Position numbers and translations under genes: made by a program | In this document: positions 46,001 to 50,200 of the stretch, in pieces | Layout: the number at the start of each line of letters is the position of its first letter | Numbering within the stretch: the stretch's first letter is position 1 | Notes under the pieces: generated by a model | Databases searched by the model: none | What the model was told of the DNA's origin: nothing | Seen by the model: the letters and a program-made list of their open reading frames with translations, nothing else | Virus record (IMG/VR): IMGVR_UViG_3300021399_000001 | Coordinates: 133,905-184,104 of that record | Strand: one strand, 5' to 3' | Length of the DNA stretch: 50,200 nucleotides | Origin: a virus | Taxonomy: Duplodnaviria; Heunggongvirae; Uroviricota; Caudoviricetes

Positions 46001-49000
46001 GTTGTAATTTATCAGACAATACTTGTAAAGGATTATACGCACCTGTAATAGAAGAAGAAGCTGATATATTCTTTTTATACGCTTCATTTAATTCAGCACT
46101 CAATTGCGTTAAATTAAATTGATCGCCAGCTTTAGCATTTTCAAGATTCTTTGCTTCTTCTAAAATATTCTTTTCTGCTTTTCTATTCATGTCAATCAAA
46201 GCATCATTATAACTCTTAAAAGCAGAAACATATTCTTCAGAATCAGCATCCCAACCCATTAAATCAGCGAAAGCAGAGAAATCAGCAATTTGCATCTTAC
46301 TGCCGCCAAGTTGTTTTACAATGCCAGCAGAAGTAAGTTGATTCATTAGTTCTTCTGATAATTCATATCCAGCTTGTGCAAGAATTTCACCAAACCGTGT
46401 ATAAGTCATGCCAGCAGCGTCGCCAAGAGCATCAATGGCTTGTTGCTCACCATCTTTATTTTCTAAAGCTAAAGCAGCAACTTTATTAATATCTGCTAAT
46501 GTAGCTTCGCCAGTAGCCTTTAAATCAGATAATATCTTGTTATAGGCTTTATATAAGTTTGCCGCAGTTTCAACTACATATTGACCCGTTCCAGCAAGTT
46601 CTGTAGCTTTTCCACCAGCAGTATTAATAATACTGGCAGTAGTAGCATCAATTATTGCACCAGGGCCTGCAGTAATTGTATCTATTGCATTAACAAATCG
46701 ACTTACTTGTGCACGATACAAAGATTCAATGTCTTGTGCAGATAATTCTTGTCCAGCTTCCGCGGCAATTTGTTCTATTATTTGAACAGCTCCAACGCCA
46801 CCTTGTGCCATAATGTCTCTTAATTTTAAAATATTAAACGACACATCTTTGCCCAGGCTTTGCATTGCATCTTTATACTCATTTATTGCAGTATTTAATG
46901 CACGTGCATCCGCTAATGATTCATTACCATCTGCAATATTTTCAGAATAAGTAACAAAGGCTGCTGTCATATTAGAAGTAATTTCAGACATTCGTGTCAT
47001 ATATGCCTTACTAACTTCTTTATCGCTGCGGTTGAAATCTAATGAATTATATAAAGCATTAGCATTAAAAGTCTTATCACCATTATCTTTAGTTAACGCT
47101 TTAACTGCATTAACTGTCATGTCAAACGTCTCTGCAATTTGTCCAATTTGTGCATAACTAAGTTTATCTAAATTAGGAATTAAAGAAGCCATTAAAGCTT
47201 CTTTTGCATTTGGAGCAACATTTGCTTTACTATCAAGCCAACCAATATAAGAATTAATATATTCAGAAGTTGTCTGATCTAACTTACGTCCTAAAGCGGC
47301 TTCAGCCTGTGTTATATATTTATTCCAGTCTTTAATTTGATAAGTTTCAAGCCCGGTTCTTTCAATACTATTTTGCCAACCATTAATGACATCACCATTT
47401 CTATCTAGCATAGACTCTAATCTGAATCCCATTGAAGTCATAAAATTATTCAATGTATCTGTAGATAGATTAGCTGCAGAACTAAGCATAGCATTCACAG
47501 CAGCGTCCTCGCTAGTAGACGCTTTAATAATAGTAGCATAAGCATTATTTAAAGTTTGTAAATCTGATTTATCATTTTCAAAAGACTCTTTAATAGCCGC
47601 GTAAACATCAATAGCAGCAGTATATAAATCATCAGCTGATTCTAAGACAGCTGTACCATCAAACCTAATTTTATTAGTCCAGAATCCATTATAAGATGCT
47701 AGAACAGAAGCGGTTTCGGCACTTAAAGTTCCGCCTATAGAAGCTGAAGAAATTTCACTTTGAGCTGTTGATAAAAACTCATTAAGCATTTCATCAATAG
47801 CAAAAGTGTCTTTTCCTTGAGTCTCTAATGTTTCGCGTATACCTTTTAAATAACCAAAAAGACGCTCTTTAACTACACCATTAACAGTAAGTATACCATC
47901 TGTTACACTACTACCAAGAATATCACCAAGCGTTTTTTCTTCTACATTAAGCAAATCAAGCAAATATTGAACATTAACTTTTTGCCCAACTTTCGCAGAA
48001 GAAATATCAGAAAGTTGTTCAGCTACTGCATTGCTATATTCTCCCATATACTCAATAGAAGAATCAGTATAAGCGCTCAATAATTTTGTATATTCTTGGC
48101 TAGCTTTTGGAAGCATACCATTTAAATATTTATCAGAAAACGCTTTAAAATCAACAATATTAATACCACCGAAACCGTTACTTACAACACCAGATTTAGA
48201 ATCTTTTAAAACAGTTTCAAAATCTATACCAAGATTACCAATAATATTTCCAAACTCTTCATAAGCCATTCCATAAGCGCCAGAAAGAAGTGAAGAAATA
48301 TCACTATTGGTCTTATCTCGTGTAGTTAAATAATCAGAATAAGCTTTATTAATTTGAGTTGTAGTAGATTCACCACTTGTTTTAATTGCTTTATAAACAT
48401 CTTGCACGCCTTCAATTAAATTACCAATAGTAGTAACTACGCCATTAGCATCAAACTCAAAGCCATGTTGTGCGAGAATATTACGAATTTCTTTATCTGC
48501 TACTATAGAATTGATTTGTAGCCCTTCTGATAGTTGTTCCATACCCTCTTGATAACGATTTACTTGGGCGTAGAAAACTTCTTCAATTTGTTCTTGAGTG
48601 GCTTCAGGATTAATAGTTTTAAGAACAGCAGTTCCTAATCTTCCACCACCGCGCAGCGCTTGTAATTGTCCTTGAGTTATACTTTCAAGAATCGTACTTC
48701 CTACATTAGGAAACTTTACAGAATTTAATTCATATAATTGCTTATGTAATTTTTGTCCAGCTTTTCCGCTAATACCTTCCGCATCAGAAACAAATCCACT
48801 AATATCCATAGATTCAATGATAGAATCACGAGCAGTTTCTAATATAGCTTCTGCTTCTTCTGCATTGGCTGCACCTGCGGCTAAAGCATGAACATATGTT
48901 GTATATGCTTCTGCGCTAAGAGTGAAAGCATTTAAATCAGCATCCCAATTCCAAGCATCTTCGCTCAAAGTGGTTCCAACAAATTCTTTATAAGAATCAG

Positions 49001-50200
49001 CTATTTTATTTCTATCTTCTTTGCTTTGAACGCCATCTGTTAGAGCTTTAGTGGCTTCTGTGGCTTCATTCTGAATACTATCAATGAGTAGTTGTTGGTA
49101 TGCTTCAGAAAAGTCACCGTTTCTATTTTTAATTTCTTCTTTTAAAGCTGCTAAATCTAATGTGAATGTACCATCGCCATTATCTTTAAATAAATGAGCA
49201 ATTTCTTTTGTTGTCGCCTTTAAACCATCTGCTAAAGCTTTTTGATCATCTTCGGTTAAAGCCGTTCTATTTTTAATAGCATTTTCAAGAGCACTTTTAG
49301 TATCTCGTTTTGGTTTATTTGTTAAACTAGCCAATTGAGCCGCGTATTTATTATACTCTTTCTTTTCTTCTTCTGTTAAAGTAGAAATATCTGAATATCG
49401 AGATAATTGTTCATTTATTTCAGAAATATCATTAATAACATCGTTTAAATTAGCTGCTGTTCCAGGACCATAATGTTCGCTTAATTTATTTGTTAATTCT
49501 TTTTTCTGTTCTTCTAATTGATTTTTTCTCACTTCAGCACGTTTCTTTAAAATTTCTAAAGGATCTAAACTAATATCGCCTTCTAATGAAGTGCGCTCAT
49601 AAGCCCCTAAACTTTTTCTAAATTGTAAATTAAATAATTTTGCAGTTTCTTCAACTTTACTTGCGTCACCAAAAATTAATTCAGCAATTTTTGTAATTGA
49701 TTCAACTGTAATCGTGCCTTCAGTTACTAATGCATCCATAACTTCATATGGATTTTTATAGGCTTCATCAAAAGCTTTTTGAATCTGAGAAGCTTTTTCT
49801 TCATTAGATAGATTCTTATCATCTTGAATCATTTGAAGCAATTCATTAATATTGCTATTTGTAATTTGAATTGTCTTATAAACTGCTTCCGCGCCCGCAC
49901 CGGAAATTTTCTGTAACAAACCTTTTTGCTCTAAAGCCGCAAGTTTAGCCGCATTAAATTGATTTGCTTCAACATATTCACCCGCGCCAGAAGTTATAGA
50001 ATTATAAATTTCATTATTGATGTTTTGATAATTTTTAATAATTTCACTAGCATATTCTGGGAATTGTTTAGCTAAAGAGTCTATATCTCCGACTTCTAAT
50101 GCTTTCTGTGCAGCTTTTCCACCATCTAATGGTTTTACAATCTCTAAAAATTTATCAAAATTACCACTAGCTAAAGCAGAGCGAGCAGTAGCATCTGCTA
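40077..50200 (-). CDS. tail tape measure protein, 5'-truncated by the window (more than 3370 aa)
   Basis: I checked that the frame stays open from 49919 to the window end. Long helical/coiled-coil Ala-rich composition, GELGPELV and FKKGGLVDFTGPAWVDG motifs typical of TMP C-termini, located upstream of Dit and Tal. Confidence 0.88.
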   Translation of the reverse strand, partial: ADATARSALASGNFDKFLEIVKPLDGGKAAQKALEVGDIDSLAKQFPEYASEIIKNYQNINNEIYNSITSGAGEYVEANQFNAAKLAALEQKGLLQKISGAGAEAVYKTIQITNSNINELLQMIQDDKNLSNEEKASQIQKAFDEAYKNPYEVMDALVTEGTITVESITKIAELIFGDASKVEETAKLFNLQFRKSLGAYERTSLEGDISLDPLEILKKRAEVRKNQLEEQKKELTNKLSEHYGPGTAANLNDVINDISEINEQLSRYSDISTLTEEEKKEYNKYAAQLASLTNKPKRDTKSALENAIKNRTALTEDDQKALADGLKATTKEIAHLFKDNGDGTFTLDLAALKEEIKNRNGDFSEAYQQLLIDSIQNEATEATKALTDGVQSKEDRNKIADSYKEFVGTTLSEDAWNWDADLNAFTLSAEAYTTYVHALAAGAANAEEAEAILETARDSIIESMDISGFVSDAEGISGKAGQKLHKQLYELNSVKFPNVGSTILESITQGQLQALRGGGRLGTAVLKTINPEATQEQIEEVFYAQVNRYQEGMEQLSEGLQINSIVADKEIRNILAQHGFEFDANGVVTTIGNLIEGVQDVYKAIKTSGESTTTQINKAYSDYLTTRDKTNSDISSLLSGAYGMAYEEFGNIIGNLGIDFETVLKDSKSGVVSNGFGGINIVDFKAFSDKYLNGMLPKASQEYTKLLSAYTDSSIEYMGEYSNAVAEQLSDISSAKVGQKVNVQYLLDLLNVEEKTLGDILGSSVTDGILTVNGVVKERLFGYLKGIRETLETQGKDTFAIDEMLNEFLSTAQSEISSASIGGTLSAETASVLASYNGFWTNKIRFDGTAVLESADDLYTAAIDVYAAIKESFENDKSDLQTLNNAYATIIKASTSEDAAVNAMLSSAANLSTDTLNNFMTSMGFRLESMLDRNGDVINGWQNSIERTGLETYQIKDWNKYITQAEAALGRKLDQTTSEYINSYIGWLDSKANVAPNAKEALMASLIPNLDKLSYAQIGQIAETFDMTVNAVKALTKDNGDKTFNANALYNSLDFNRSDKEVSKAYMTRMSEITSNMTAAFVTYSENIADGNESLADARALNTAINEYKDAMQSLGKDVSFNILKLRDIMAQGGVGAVQIIEQIAAEAGQELSAQDIESLYRAQVSRFVNAIDTITAGPGAIIDATTASIINTAGGKATELAGTGQYVVETAANLYKAYNKILSDLKATGEATLADINKVAALALENKDGEQQAIDALGDAAGMTYTRFGEILAQAGYELSEELMNQLTSAGIVKQLGGSKMQIADFSAFADLMGWDADSEEYVSAFKSYNDALIDMNRKAEKNILEEAKNLENAKAGDQFNLTQLSAELNEAYKKNISASSSITGAYNPLQVLSDKLQQYGAELQDGILTIGADANLPAIIQEISNAAQQYGGLLSGEMAELADVLTNVLKGYTDLISGGIQGTLTNVQAESLQEWANQQGVGELDFTPTVEGLKLATNSAIELYNVLSQIDSIQGNLVFDQLVESLSSDTGGQYEHISDTMAEMAKLQKELAQNENEIALARHYGADDSNERIQNLEAQNSKLREQLGLLNKIATTQSADPDQFNFMDRKLPDSLQGPLNYWDSVGKAYKAINTAGKTGYMEVQDYVNIINEMANLVQMSSNNLEWMGMNASNAEQRAAELIEAGMGALKNVDGEGAKIALGNIGLDMQVGAADMKSGIEDGVHEMARGQIAMLDAAIQMLEAIVAMEKLGDINVDDVVGFSIGDIFEAYIGDDNGSTINKFTAEYDKWRTDLLELADSKDNEDLTKALNNIRINGNTLYSILKDGEKLKGLDPETYFNILNGFVNAAKNGDFNLDNIESSVWQTLSELGLMEGTTIDIGDYTIGVSGNQVYEIDWTSDSTKAAMDALGNKKGKDGYTQEAKDELQKQLNAYYAGNSITEDGEPLNIESVLLLNDKITLKNGVKQVVGPDGKTYTSKDKDKTGYENALNAAALADLTNQEIENIVINEDGSVTTEIIYTENTKVKVKRNKNGDMEYSEDGVAGTYKTLDELQKAAYEQIIGKLIEEKAQQGEAYTPEQAKKEYTYEMFMYQHYNVTVRQGEVNFTSPEGDTLNPQNNPQIKSKLQEFLDKGKEGLEQYIQDNGEDNIVVDMGNGRTKVHLEGVGDIEIDTVDGESPAETMLRAIKASLGVDSNLVDNITVGITNALTGENGTAIGKAIMSGITEGLSGLTEITPGQLPEVASALGQVATQGERLKAIPWDTIVAGIRAITNAQNGGNGGDDGEGGRNPHDRDTGITGHDKPTQYGNTNQPIKLEGVKAEKVEATGATIDASGASINTGNTGGEKGEENNNSNISSITTSGAINVSGSPVNIASASSGGNNNNDGETGDLDVSGITNAISNLNSALSSGTSAISLLSGAIGAIPTDKAQAVRNTADAINKLKDKTVTVNVNTPTNGITLKAKIDVEINSVTGPGTVKGVTTTPSGVQKFNPHIDYAVKAKGNVALAKGRKTLMGELGPELVVSGGRYYTVGNNGAEFVDLPDDAIVFNHKQTRRLLGSKKATTGGSRGTPVKSENAALAFATGNISGPAMASAAAALAALKQIRAMWQSMLGASAKDLGALAGSGGGGGGGGGGGGDEDRLNPSSAAEEIERWYTWLRKIYRLEQDISLEDAKQNEMLNDRIANGQKIMSSYKQNLKNLRDEITLQQKTLDLQQMWVDKQGAKVNKKTYSNGQHNPLWDIFEYNSDTKLLTYRGNDAPNSRLGLDILEELNRRDEKGRPVKNAAQQLSYIASLGFNVDDFLVNDDGSMLATKNKKGKYVNAQTGKKLTKQEENDLKVSMVENFFNMVQSKMDEIDSHQEAIDEANQKIIELESKMNEILDKIRDNQIELENKVLDAIVAREQQRIDDAQDERDALEKANQKFLDGLNDSLQKERDLYQRNQDSQELNKLQRQLAILQRSGGSASQIRSLQDQINQKQRDSYFTSQEDQINAIQEASDLQIERLDAQIDIMTETLEYQKKNGLLWDEVSQIMSQDAVAIADFVARYDESAQSMGATEYQKYWTDLLQSAQMFDSDRGLENEKATAWKSYLAQHPELEKDENAQARNDIRESFYNNYDTTKNAQSAGNAAEIKRAQLFPSKDGNNSSNAQQSSGTVKSTPTPTQPTSVWSAELSSAKVPYYSKVSSTKKAGNLANKKNERVEIIKDNAGKNKKLGAMVQIRYNGKEYYVPQSKFKKSSYQKTILNPKGSFTGIQFKKGGLVDFTGPAWVDGTKKKPEAFLNAEQTASLKKGLFNTELATASIDNLRAGWDEFREQVVNNISNNSNESVIIEKAEVNMNISQINDDYGAHRAGQEVMAEMLKIANKSGTRAITRR

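Noticed and set aside
1-50200. Stop-codon reassignment (TAG or TGA recoding as in some gut phages)
   Set aside because: Conserved genes are full length under code 11, and TGA (gyrA-region genes, dnaE, recJ) and TAG (primase) act as stops.

Overview
About 50 kb from a large, AT-rich tailed phage (siphovirus-like), probably infecting an anaerobic low-GC Gram-positive host (inferred from SigA-type TTGAC(A/T)-17-TG-N-TATAAT promoters, GGAGG ribosome-binding sites and class III RNR). The window has two convergent halves that meet at a bidirectional terminator near 33.5 kb. The + strand (1-33497) carries small accessory genes and a near-complete replication and nucleotide-metabolism module: GyrB/GyrA-type topoisomerase, SSB, Sak4-like ATPase, DnaB-like helicase, primase, RecJ, DnaE-type Pol III alpha, NrdD/NrdG, dUTPase and a RuvC-like resolvase, plus free-standing homing-endonuclease-like genes. 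The - strand (33532-50200) carries tail genes: Tal/hub-like, Dit-like and a very large tape measure protein cut by the window edge. The most notable observations are: (1) a wHTH Rep-like gene followed by an 8-copy iteron-like array and an AT-rich tract (origin candidate); (2) an acidic Ocr-like protein in a translationally coupled phosphoesterase/Ocr-like/NDT cassette; (3) quinolone-resistance-type residues in both topoisomerase subunits; (4) a radical-SAM-like protein lacking its cysteine triad, coupled to dnaE; (5) a membrane-anchored coiled-coil GIY-YIG nuclease; (6) a roughly 620-aa internal duplication in the tape measure protein. All family calls come from reading motifs by eye; no database searches were run. 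No tRNA, rRNA, CRISPR array, integrase or reverse transcriptase was seen.
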